Origin: Cyanophora paradoxa CCMP329
Lineage: Eukaryota > Plantae > Glaucophyta
Reading direction: 5' to 3'
DNA length: 64,000 bases
NCBI GenBank assembly: GCA_004431415.1
Contig: QPMI01000004.1
Location: 62,001 to 126,000, forward strand
Shown: in pieces, positions 53,794 to 64,000 of the stretch
Layout: every line of letters starts with the position of its first letter
Position numbering within the stretch: the stretch's first letter is position 1
Translations under genes and position numbers: made by a program
The notes under the pieces: model-generated
Database searches by the model: none
What the model saw: only the letters and a program-made list of their open reading frames with translations
What the model was told of the DNA's origin: nothing

Positions 53794-54296
53794 TGTGACG
53801 AACGCGCGCTCAGCGACGCGGCGCCGACGCTCAGGACGCTGGTAATGGGGGGTAGTCGTGGTCCTAATTCAGGGGGTAAGCGAACACAAGGGAGCTGCCT
53901 CAGCCTGCCTCTGGATCCGGAGCTGCGCACCTGTACCAAGCAACACGGAAGTTGCTCCAAGAAACACGCCAGCTCTCGCTGAGCTGTGACCGAGGTCCGA
54001 AGTCCCGAACTTCGAAACGACCTCGCTCAGTCCTCGAAACGAACTTTGTGACGAACGCGCGCTCAGCGACGCAGCGCCGACGCTCGGACGCTGGTGATTG
54101 GGGCCAATTTGGGGGTAGTCGGACGTCGTAGTCCTAGGCCTAATTCAGGGGGTAAGCGAACACAAGGGAGCTGCCTCTGTGGAACTTCGGAACCGGAGCT
54201 GTGCACCAAGCAACACGGAAGTGTGCACCAGGAAACACGCCAGTTCTCGCTGAGCCGTGACCGAGTCCCGAAGTTCGAAACGACCTTGCTCAGTCC
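53794..54296. repeat. Diverged tandem duplication of a ~245-bp unit (53794-54033 and 54047-54296)
   Basis: Shared blocks TGTGACGAACGCGCGCTCAGCGACGC, CCTAATTCAGGGGGTAAGCGAACACAAGGGAGCTGCCTC, ACCAAGCAACACGGAAGT and TTCGAAACGACC. Confidence 0.92.
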
Positions 54297-54830
54297 GGCG
54301 GCCTGCCATGGAATCCAGGTGCGTGAAAGTGTCCCCGCCCGCGCATGCGAGTGCCTCAGATGCGCAGCCGCAGGCGGAAGGAGAGCTACATCGAAGAGAC
54401 CGCACGCCTGGCACGCTTGGCCCGCGGCCCTCGGCCCGACGGGCGCGCCCTTCGAAGTCCCGCGGCACGCCTTCGCCGCGGCTGAGTGTGCGCGGGAGGA
54501 CGCTGGAGTCGCGGCCTGGGACGCTCGTGTGCTTGCCCGCCCCGCGCCGCGCTCGGGGGCCCGACCGGGCGCGCGGCGCCGGCCCTCGCGCAGGAGCCCG
54601 GCTGGGTCCGGGCCTATCCCTTGCAGGGGTCCCTCTTTGGCGCCGAGATCCAGCCGCCCGCGCCGCCGGCCGGAGCAGGCCCCTCTCCCGGCCGCCTGGG
54701 GGCCGGGGCTGTGCCCGCGGGGGCCGAGGGGCCCGAGTACGCAGGCCCGGACGCCGCGCTTCCCGCCGCGCACGTGCGCCCCCTCCGCCCCCGGGGCCGC
54801 GCCTGAAAGCCGTTCGTCGTTTCATAGCCC

Positions 54831-54929
54831 TGAACGTGTGAACTCTAAATTCGTTAGTTCTTGATACGCACTGTTTCGTAACTCTGAACCTGTTAACTCT
54901 AAATAAGTTAGTTCTTAATATGCACCTGT
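54831..54929. repeat. AT-rich diverged tandem pair (~54-bp period)
   Basis: TGAACGTGTGAACTCTAAATTCGTTAGTTCTTGATACGCAC versus TGAACCTGTTAACTCTAAATAAGTTAGTTCTTAATATGCAC. Confidence 0.8.
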
Positions 54930-55088
54930 AAAGCCTCGGAAGTCGATGAAGGGTTTCAGTTTCATCTAACGAGCCCGCCCTCGCCCCGCGCCACCTTCGG
55001 CCCTCGGCGCGCGGCTGCGCGCCTCTCGCCCGCCCTCGGCCCGCTCATCCCCCGCCCGCAGCGGGAGGCTTCGGCCCGGTCGCCCCCC

Positions 55089-55563
55089 ATGCGGGAGGCC
55101 ATCGTGGATCTCTTCCACCTCCCCGTCCCCGTGCCCGCCCCGCCCCGCCCCGCCCCCCGCGGGCCGACGCTCGGGCAGGAGGCGGTGCGGGCGCTGGGCC
55201 TCGGGACGACGACCTTCAAGCGCCTCTGCCGAGAGCCGGCATCGGCCGCTGGCCCCACCGCAAGCTCGACGCCCTCTCCCGCGGGGCGCCCGCGCTGACG
55301 TGTCCCCCCCCGCCCCCCCGCCCCCCGGCCGCTCGCTCGACGCGGGGCGGCTGGCGGCGCTGGCGCTGGGGCCGGGGGATGCGCCCCGGGGGCTCGACCG
55401 CGCGGCCCTCGCGGCGGCGCGGCGCGCGCTGCTCGCTGCCGTCGCCCGCGTGCGCCCCGGTGCGCCCCGCGCAGGCGGGCGCGGCCCGACGCGCGCCCCG
55501 GCAGTGCGCGGGCCGGTGTTGCTCGTGCGGAAGATCCCCGGGCCCCACGTGCACGGGCTGTAG
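55089..55563 (+). pseudogene. RWP-RK transcription-factor domain with a 1-nt frameshift; gene may start near 54308
   Basis: MREAIVDLFHLPVP|intron|EAVRALGLGTTTFKRLCRE continues after a frame change as GIGRWPHRKLDAL. Confidence 0.8.
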
Positions 55564-56059
55564 CTAGCGCTAGCTGGGGCCCGCCCCGTGCCGCCCCGGG
55601 GCACCCTTCGCCACCGACGCCGTCGGCGCAGAATTTCAGATTCTGAAAAATGAATAGGAAGTGTTCGAATCTGAAGACGCGTGTTCGAATCCCGGTCGTC
55701 ATATTACGCGGGCAGCACGGTCGAAAGGCGGGGTTCAAATCCCACCAAGTGATATATAATAAATGAATTCGCACACACTGAGACAAATGGCTAGATCTAG
55801 AGATATAACTGAGGTGTCCATCTGGATTCCGGTACCCCCGGGAATTTCAGGTCGATCCGTCGGATCCGTCGGAATTCAGGCGACCGCCGCCGCGGGAAAC
55901 CCGTGGGAATAGTCTTAGGAGCACTATAGCTAGTGTCGCGGGCGATGGCAAGACCAAGTCTGGCTAGAGCTTGGTCGGCTGGCCCGGGGCCGGGCCCGGC
56001 GTGGCCGCGGGCCATGGGCCGGAATCCGGCTATAGGCGTGGCCGGTCGCGACTTGACTT

Positions 56060-56132
56060 GCAATTCCCGGAATTGCCGGAATTGCCGGAATTGCCGGAAT
56101 TCCCGGAATTCCCGGAACCCAAGCCGGAACCC
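56060..56132. repeat. 9-bp tandem repeat (CCGGAATT[G/C])x5 with degenerate flanks; resembles a transposon subterminal array
   Basis: Read directly from the sequence. Confidence 0.85.
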
Positions 56133-57124
56133 AACCAATAAATCGTACATGCTCAACAACTAGAAAATACTTGCTAGTTTGCAACGCGGGCTAGTATAAG
56201 TAGCCGCTGGCCTGCCAAAGTTGTCATTCCTTGTGAGGCGCACAGCCTCGAAATACTAGCAGCGAAACTCTGCCTCTCTGCGACTGCACCTTGCCTTTGC
56301 AATTTGGGAGCCGGAGGGCCTTGCACTGCTAGCTGGGATCGCATCACAGGTCTGTTATTACTCTGTTATTAGGCCTCTGGTTAAAAACCCCTAGACTATA
56401 TCTGGGCCTCGCCCGGATTTAACCAGACGCTTAATACGTGGGGGCTGCTCAAAACTTTCAGCTAGCTCTTCAAAGCTAGCCTAGTAGCTGGCCGATCGCG
56501 ACCTCTGCGTCGCGATGCGCATAGCTGCTGCGCATGCGGAAGTCGCTGCGTACTGACCAGAGCCTTTGCGCATGTTCGCGACTCCTACTATCAACTTGGC
56601 GCTACCGGTACCTGCTGCGCGGGTGAGCGGACGCTACCGCGCGCCAGCGCTACGTATACGCGTCGCTTTAAAAGATGCGTATACGTATATGGTCGCTCTG
56701 CCGGGGCTAGCTACTAGGCTAGCGCTCTAGCAGCCGTGCCGGCGCCCCGGCATGCGCACGTGCACGCGTACGTCTGCGCCGCGACCAGTGTCTGATCCGG
56801 ATCCGGGCCCGCTCGACGCAGCGTTCGCATCTCAGGCCTAGGCCGGATCGGATTCTGCGGCGCGAGCGCACTCGAGCTCTACAGGCGTGGCATCGCCGGC
56901 CGACGGGCGCCGAGCTTGCCGACTCGACGCCGAGCTCGCGGGGGCCGCCGGGCGCGCTATAGCTATAGCTAGCTCCGAGCCTTGGAGGCTCGGGCTCGGG
57001 CTCCGGGGCGCCGTCGACGTCGATCATCGATATCGCGCGCCGCGGCGCGCAGGCGAGGAATTGGAAGCGCTAGAGCTAGCGCTAGATCTAGAACTAGTCG
57101 GATCGCCGGGGGCGGACCTGCTCG

Positions 57125-59272
57125 GCGGTTCTACCAAATTTAAATAGTCTTCTCCTGTTTGTTCTTGCGCTTTCTGCATTTTTTAATACTGCTTTTGGGC
57201 TTCTTTGTCCAGTTTTCCCGAATGTTCTTCCAGGTTTCCCCCCCACACCCCTCTTCCCTAACACCCTGTCCGGCCTGTTAGGGAGCAGGTCGGTTCAGGA
57301 AGTTAGGGCTTTGTCATTGCATGGGGGCCCTACGGCTCGGGTAGGGACCTTGTGCAGCTTGTCTTTCGCAGGTTTTCGAGAGCATCTCTCATCACTACCC
57401 ACTGCTAGTGGGTCCATGACAGAGCCTTGCAAGCTCCTTTAGGGGCCTCTGCGGTTCTGTCATACCCAGTCTTGCTGGCGTGGGCGTGTCTTTTACTTGC
57501 TCTCTCTCTCTCTCTGCTCGGCGGTTCGCTGCGGAATTCTGCTGCGGCGGATCTGGATCCGGACGTGTTTCGAGTTCGGAATGGCTCCGAATACGCGAAG
57601 CGGCGGATCCGGAGGTGCGGGTGCTAGTGGCGGATCCGGGGGCGGCAGCCAGAGCAGTGGCGGGCCCGGGGCGGCGGCTGCAGCTGCGCATGCAGCAGCC
57701 GTGCCCGCGGCCGTGGCGGCGGCCGCTCCGGCGGCAAACGCGATGCCAGTGCCAGCTCCGGGGCCAGCGCCGGTCGCGCCAGTGGCGCCGGTCGCACCAG
57801 CGGCGGCTGGGGCGCCAGTCGCGATCGGGGGCCAGCAACCAGCTGCGGCGGCAGCTGACGCTGCGCGTGCGTTGGAGGCGCTGAAGAGCAACCTGGACAT
57901 GCATACACGTTACCGCGAGCTGAAAGAATTTAAGGAGCGAATTCCTGCCTTGACAAATACTGGCGTTCTATCGTGGATCGTATCGCTGGAGCGCCTGGCA
58001 ACTTTTATTTAGCCGCCGAAATTTCTGGAGCCGGACAAGATAGTAGCGGAGCTCGCATTGTCTTCGCTGCAGCGCTCAGCAGCGACGGTGCTGGGTGCTA
58101 TGGCGTCGAAGGCGGCGGGCGGTGAATTCGATATGACGTCGTGGGCAAGGATTCGTGAGCATCTGATCAGCTTGGTGCCTGGCAATAAATTCGAGCTGCT
58201 GAAGAATACGATCAAGACGGCGAGCCAGCATTTCTCAGCTCTGAATAACCCTACGGAGCTGGATGCTCAGGCGCTTATCAATAATGTTGTTTTATTTCGA
58301 CGCCTGCTTCAGCTGCAAGACTCGTGTCCGGACGAGATGTTGATCGCGGAATTAATGTCTCCGGACGCGATCACTTTGCCGGCGATGGTCATGCTCACAA
58401 GCAGAATTTCAGAGGACGCGTGAACGAATCTGGCGGAGTGGGGTCGCGAATTCTTCAGTCGAGTTCGGTCCCATAACGAGCTGGAAATGAGGCTCCAGCG
58501 GGTGAGGGCCAGCAGTGGATTTTCGGACGCGTCAGTCTCTCGCGTTTCGGGGGGTGAGCTCGCCAGCAGCAGCAAGAAGCAGAAGACGGGCGGACAGACT
58601 CGTTGGTGTGATGAATGTGAGAGCGGCTCGCACAACACAGTCGTCTGCAGCAAGCGACTTCAGCGGGAGCTGGAGGAGATGCAGGCGCAATATTCGACCT
58701 GTCAGCAGGAGCTCGAGAAATATCGGAGCTCCAGCAGCCTGGCGGGCGCGAAGTAAAGTACACGCCACGGCGGTTCGGTCTCCGCCTGAGCAGAAATTAA
58801 AAGACCAGCGGTGGAGGAGTTTGGGTTTAATTCGTCGCGAAGAGGGGTGGGCCCTGCGACGTGGCGGCGTGTACTTGTAATTTTTCAGCTGCAGCCGGAG
58901 TTCGAGTTCTGGGCAGAACAGCTGCAGCTTCGCGGGGCCGGATGATGTGCACCTGCGAAGGCGACGGCCTTTCTTCACAGTCGATCGCGAGGCTGGTGGC
59001 GAATTCGAAGAAGGCGTCGCTCCGTTCCGGTGAACCGGCGTCCAAGCTGGAGATGCGGACCTAGCCCGGGACTGCGGCCGGAGAGAGAGAGAGAAATGCA
59101 GTAGACACATCCATGCCAGCAAGACTGGGTATGACAAAGCCGCAGAGGCCCCGAATGGGACGTGCAAGGCCCGTCAGGGACCGGGGCAATATATACAGGA
59201 GGGCATCGGATTCAGCTGTGGGCGGGTGGTGTCAGCCGTAGAGGGCGGGAGGCCCGAGTCCAAGCCAGAGGC
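57125..59272 (+). mobile_element. Non-autonomous gag-only retroelement-like unit with internal ~100-bp inverted repeats; outer limits uncertain
   Basis: Pyrimidine-rich leader; inverted repeats at 57411-57513 and 59080-59182; gag-like ORF between them; no protease, RT or integrase motif seen inside. Confidence 0.65.
57581..58756 (+). pseudogene. Gag-like ORF with CX2CX4HX4C zinc knuckle and two in-frame stops
   Basis: One reading frame joins track ORFs 57497-58012, 58058-58423 and 58487-58756: MAPNTRS..SWARIREHL..WCDECESGSHNTVVC; TAG at 58010 and TGA at 58421. Confidence 0.8.
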
Positions 59273-59778
59273 GCGGACCTGCTCGTGCCAGGATGGCGCT
59301 CAGGACAGCAAACGGCCGGTCGGCACCCAACCGAATAGAGACCGGAATCGGCCCTGCATTAGACGGACGCGAGCTCAGCGTTATCGTCGCCGCGGGGTTA
59401 CTAAATTCAAATACTAGAACTCGAGGACGGGCCGACGGAGTCTGGCAACCGCGTGGCCGGCGGGAGGGGCAGCTGGAAATCCGCGCCCCAAGAACCCCGC
59501 CCGGATGCACACGCAAGCGCGAGAAGCCGGGCGGCACTGCGTGCGCCAGTCCTGCGCGTCCCCGCGCTCCGCACCGGCACCCCTGAGCTACCGCTGGCGA
59601 GCTGGCGTCGGGTTGTCAGCTGGCCCCAGCTGCAGGCGGCGACCCCGGACCGCGTGCTCTGGCGCTAGGATGTACGCTGGGGGCAATACCACTACGCAGC
59701 AGTACAACTGCAGACCTCGTCGGATTGAGGGGGGCCTCGGGTCAGACATAGACGCACGCGTACGGGTCCAACACCTGA

Positions 59779-62700
59779 GCGGGCACCCCTGCCGCCGTCC
59801 CTAGCTCTCACGCTGCTTCTGTAACCCCTCCTGACCTCGCGGTCTCCCAGCTGGCGGCTCCCCAGCTAACCTTTGGCGCGCTATTCCCGCCCGCGCACTT
59901 TGCCGCTGGGAGCCCTCTCATAGGCCCAGCGCCCGCCCTCTCCCGCCACAAGCCCGACGATACTCTAAGAGTGATGACGTTTAACACAAGGGGCACGTCG
60001 GCGGGCCGGCTACAGCAGGCGGAGGACTTTGCGGTGAAATGGGCACTAGATTTGATGGCGCTGCAAGAGCTCTCGATTTCGAACGCCGAGTTGCAGGCGG
60101 CCCTCCTTACCCCGGCCGCTGCCCCCGGCGAGGCCCCGCTCAGCTCGATCACACGCGGAAGGCTGATCCACTCGATTAAGAAATCGAAAACCAAAGGGAA
60201 CGGGGCTGCTCTCTGGGTCGCCGCGCCGTGGGCGCGCCACATCGCGCGGCACTATCGCTGCCCGGGCAGACTCGCCGGATGTGAAATCCGCCTCAAGGAG
60301 AATCGCCAACTGTTCGTCGCGAGCGTCTACATGCCTCCCACCGAGAGTAAACCTGAGCACATAGCGGATCAAAAGGCGCTGATGGAGTGCCTCGAACGCA
60401 TCAACGCGGACTTTCGCTCTCGCACGAACGCTCACCTACTTCTCCTGGGTGATTGGAACTCTGTTGCGATCCCGGCCACTTCCCGCATTCGTCAGGGCAG
60501 CTTCGTCCAGTCCCAGATGCCGGAACGCGCGTGGTGGGGGACGCTGCGAAGCACGTGGGGGCTGTTAGATGCTGCAGAAGAGAAAGGAAAAGGAACAGAG
60601 GTCACCTTCGTCGCCCGCCACGGCCCGCCCGCGGAGACATCGGGGGCCCCGTCGGCGGACGACGACGAAGCCGGGGACGCGGCGGCCGAGGCGCCAGACC
60701 TCGTGTCGGACGACCGCTTGCTGGATCCTGCGCCCGACGACGTTATCATCTCGGCGGGGCGCATCGATGCGGTGCTTCACTCGGCGAGCCTGCAAACGTC
60801 GCTGCGAGCGGTGCATGCACTGCCCCGAGCCGTGGCCATGCCGCACCCTTCCGATCACTTCCCCGTCATGGCCGACTACGACCTGAAAATGGCGGAGCTC
60901 AGCCAGCCAGCCGAGGACGAGGCGCGCCCGGCGAAGCCCCCGCCCCTCTTCGCGCTGCACCTCATCGACAAAGATAAGCTCCCGGCGTTCCGAAAGGCGG
61001 TGGAAGAGCGCCTGCAAGGACTGGAGACAGAACTGGACAAGGCCCTGAACGGTGTTGGCGGCGGCACCGACGAGGAGCGGCGGGAGCGAATCGGTACCCT
61101 CTACCGGCGGGCCACCGAGGACGTGCTGGCGCTAGCTAAGGAACACAAGTGCCTGAAAGCGCGCGGCTCCCGCCCCGCGAGCCGGCGGCCGGTCGCATGG
61201 CAGCTGGTGATGGACAAGAAAGTCGGTCGCCTGCTCGCTGGATGGGCTGCAGAATCCGCTGGAGGCTTGCCGTCCTCCCGACTGCTCACCCGGCTCGAGA
61301 AACTTGAGGGCCTCGTCAAAAGCCTCGTCCCGGGACCCGAACCCATGCCGCGCCGCCCCGTCCGCGACCCGGACGACGCAGCGCCCTTCCCGGCCCGCTA
61401 CGGGTCGTGGCGACTCTACTTCAAGCTCCTGAACAACTGGCGGAACCGCGTTCGCAGACGCCACCAGACAGAGACGAGCGCAGAACGGAACCGGCAGATC
61501 CAGGAGTTCGTCACGGCGCGCCAGGCGCGCTTTGCGGACCCGCGCCAGCTGCGCAGCTATCTAAACTCTGTACTTGAACGCTCGCGCGGGGAGCCGATCA
61601 TGCACGTCACGCGACTAGCGCGCGACGGAAACTTTTACGAAATCTACACGTCTCCCGATGAGGTCAAAGCCGTCATGGCCGAGCACTGGAAGCAATGGTG
61701 TGCTAAACGCAACCCCCAGCTTGGCGGCACAGCCGACCTGGTGCCCGACTCCGCGCTAGACTACCTGCCCCCCGACTTCTGGCGTGCAGTCTACCGGCCC
61801 CTGGTTCTGCAAGCTGGCGCAGCAGATGCATTCGCCGGGACAATGATTGAGCCTACGTACGAGGAGCTAGGGGCGTACGTGCGCTCGCTGACAGACGGGG
61901 CGGGCGGGCCCTCGAACTGTACAAACGCAATCTTGAAGATGCTCTGGAACCCGGAGCTGCCAGATGCGATGGATCCGGAGGCGTACCCACCCCGCGGGCG
62001 CCGGCTCCTGATGGCGATCGTCTGCGAGGTGCTCCGCCTCCGCGACCTGCCCAGCGAGATGTGTGAGAGCAATATCTTCGGAATCCCGAAGAAGGGGGTC
62101 TGGGACGGGGATATTGAAGGCAACCTCCGCCCAATCACGCTCCAAGAGGTTGGCCTGAAGCTAGCGACGGGCCTGCTCACGAAGCGACTAGCGGACGCTA
62201 TAGAGAAGCCTGGGGTCCTGAAGGGGGTGAACTACGGCTTCAGGAAGGCCAAGTCGACGGACGACGCCCTGCACCTCACGGTGGCCATCCTAGAGGACGC
62301 TAAAGAGCACCACAAACCCATTTATATCCTGCTCCAAGACATTCGGCGGGCGTACGATTCAGTGTCGTGGGTCAGCATGGAGCTCTCCCTCCGCCGGATC
62401 GGGGCCCCGGAGGGGTACATTGACCTGCACCGAAATATCTTTGAGCGGCGGCGCGCGCGCGCGATTACGGGGCACGGACTCTCTGACGCCTTCGAGCTTG
62501 AGTGCGGCCTCCCGCAGGGCGGCATCGAGTCCCCGCTCCACTGGCTCATCTTCTATGACGCCCTCCTCTGCGCTCAGCAAGAGTTGGACAGAATTGACTG
62601 CGACCGAGGCGGGGAGGGGGTCGCGTACGTCCTGGGCGACGCGGTCGCGGATGCCGGGCAGCCCCGCGCGCGCGTCACGGGGTGTGCGTACGCGGACGAC

Positions 62701-64000
62701 ACCCAGTGGTGGAGCGGCACAGCGGCAGGGATTCAGAGACTGGCCGACGTCGCCTCCGAGTTCTTCCGCATGCACGACATCACGGTCAACGCGTCGAAGA
62801 CTGAGTTCACGTACAACAACGTCTCACCCGAGCCAGAGGCCCCGCTGCTGGGCCACCCGCGTGTGCCGGTCGGCAAGAAGCTGGCACCGGGCGCGCACTT
62901 TAAGCTACTCGGCGTCTACTTGACCGCGAACCTGTCGTGGACGGAGCAGATTAGACAGATGGAAGCGCAAGCCCGCGAGACCGTCGCAGTCATCGCACGC
63001 AAGCAACTGACCGCGCAAGAGGCCTGCTACATCGTCGAGGCCGTCGTGCAGGCGCGGATCGCGTACGGACTCAAGGTGGTGCCGCTGTCGGAAGCCCAAT
63101 GCGACCGGCTGGACGCCATCTGGCTGCGAGTAGTTAAGCACCACGGCGGACTTGCGGCGTCAACGTCGAACTATGCGCTCTGGAGCCACGGCACGTACCG
63201 CCTCCCGCGCATGGCGCACCTGATGGCCAAGAACCAGATCACGGACCTGCTCGCGCGGCTCTGCGGCGAGCCGGACGACTTACTCTCCCAGGTGATGGCC
63301 CACCGAGTTCGGGCCCTCCAACGAAAGCTAGGCGTGCCGCTGCTGCCGACAGAGTTCCTGAACGCGCACGTAACGCCCCAGCTCGCGAAGGCCAACACGA
63401 TCGCCGCGGTGATGCCGCTGCTGCAACGCCGCCAGTACAGGATCCAATCGAACCACGCACGATACGTGAACGCCCCGTACCCCCCCGGGGCCGGTGTACC
63501 CTGGCCGAAGCCGGCAGAGCTCTTGCGCGAGTACGTGCTGGCGACGCACATCCCCAAAGAGATCTTCAGAGATGCGGCCCCTGCCCTATACGCCGCCGGC
63601 ATGTACTGGATGTCCTCTGTTACGGCGCGCGACGGCGAGCGCCTTTGCACTTGGCGGGACTTGCATCTCCGCGCCCCCCGCAACACCCTGTCCTGGGCCG
63701 CCCCTCCCTGGTGGAAACCTCTCGCCGAGGCCCTGACGGTGGACTCCAGCGGCAAGGGGGCCCTTCGGCACCCGATGAGGCAACCCCCCGGTACTCCCCC
63801 CTCGGCCATGGCACAGCTGCCAGGCGGAGCTAAGAAGTACATTCACCGACCCGACGATTTCGTCTGCTACTACGACCTAGCGACCATTCACGACGTCACG
63901 ATACCGCCTCACGTAGGGCGCCTCCGTACGGCGGAGTCTGAGCCGGGCCGCCTGGTTGCGACGGAATGCCGGCTCGAACACTGGATCCCCGTCCCGGAAG
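59779..64000 (+). mobile_element. Non-LTR retrotransposon ORF with APE endonuclease and reverse transcriptase (RTEX-like), open to the window end
   Basis: APE motifs LRVMTFNTRG, MALQE, VASVYMP, LLGDWN, RIDAVL, SDHFPV. RT motifs IPKKG..LRPITL, NYGFR, QDIRRAYDSV, GLPQGGIESPLHWLIFYD, AYADD (~62686-62700), FKLLGV. It is missing from the ORF track, consistent with having no stop before base 64000. Confidence 0.95.

Noticed and set aside
55690-55750. tRNA gene
   Set aside because: Only a T-arm-like motif is present; no acceptor, D or anticodon stems could be built.
57581-58756. Alternative genetic code or programmed readthrough suggested by in-frame TAG/TGA in gag
   Set aside because: Host genes here end at TAG, TGA and TAA normally. 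Both stops are one C>T change from CAG or CGA, which fits decay.
57125-59780. Hammerhead ribozyme or Penelope-type pLTR
   Set aside because: No CTGANGA..GAAA core in a suitable stem context was found by eye, and the neighbouring RT is APE-LINE type.

Overview
Gene-dense, GC-rich eukaryotic nuclear DNA from a flagellated, plastid-bearing alga. A glaucophyte such as Cyanophora is my inference, from an MASFV- transit peptide, ciliary genes and tiny introns. About 24 intron-containing host genes fill 1-55 kb: SAM methyltransferase, CANT1-type apyrase, CRC/LIN54, MADBUB (Bub1/BubR1), poly(A) polymerase, a Cys-less peroxiredoxin fold, CTP synthase, Tctex1, kinesin-1, YHM2 carrier, CTDSPL2, a WW/IQ protein, PKA-C, eIF3g, ODF3-like, RSPH9, HisB, P4-ATPase, RPL23A, SLC35E3-like, a truncated FUT8-like gene and a frameshifted RWP-RK gene. 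Nearly all sit in head-to-head pairs, and many of the ~45-65 nt introns are GC-AG. Mobile DNA comprises a 5'-truncated RNase H-bearing LINE (19-21.7 kb), DNA-transposon end debris (43.3-43.9 and 55.6-56.4 kb), a gag/CCHC unit bracketed by ~100-bp structured inverted repeats (57.1-59.3 kb), and an uninterrupted APE-RT LINE ORF (59.8 kb to window end). Non-genic spacers are built from stacked micro-palindromes. Gene boundaries were read by eye and are approximate; no searches were run.
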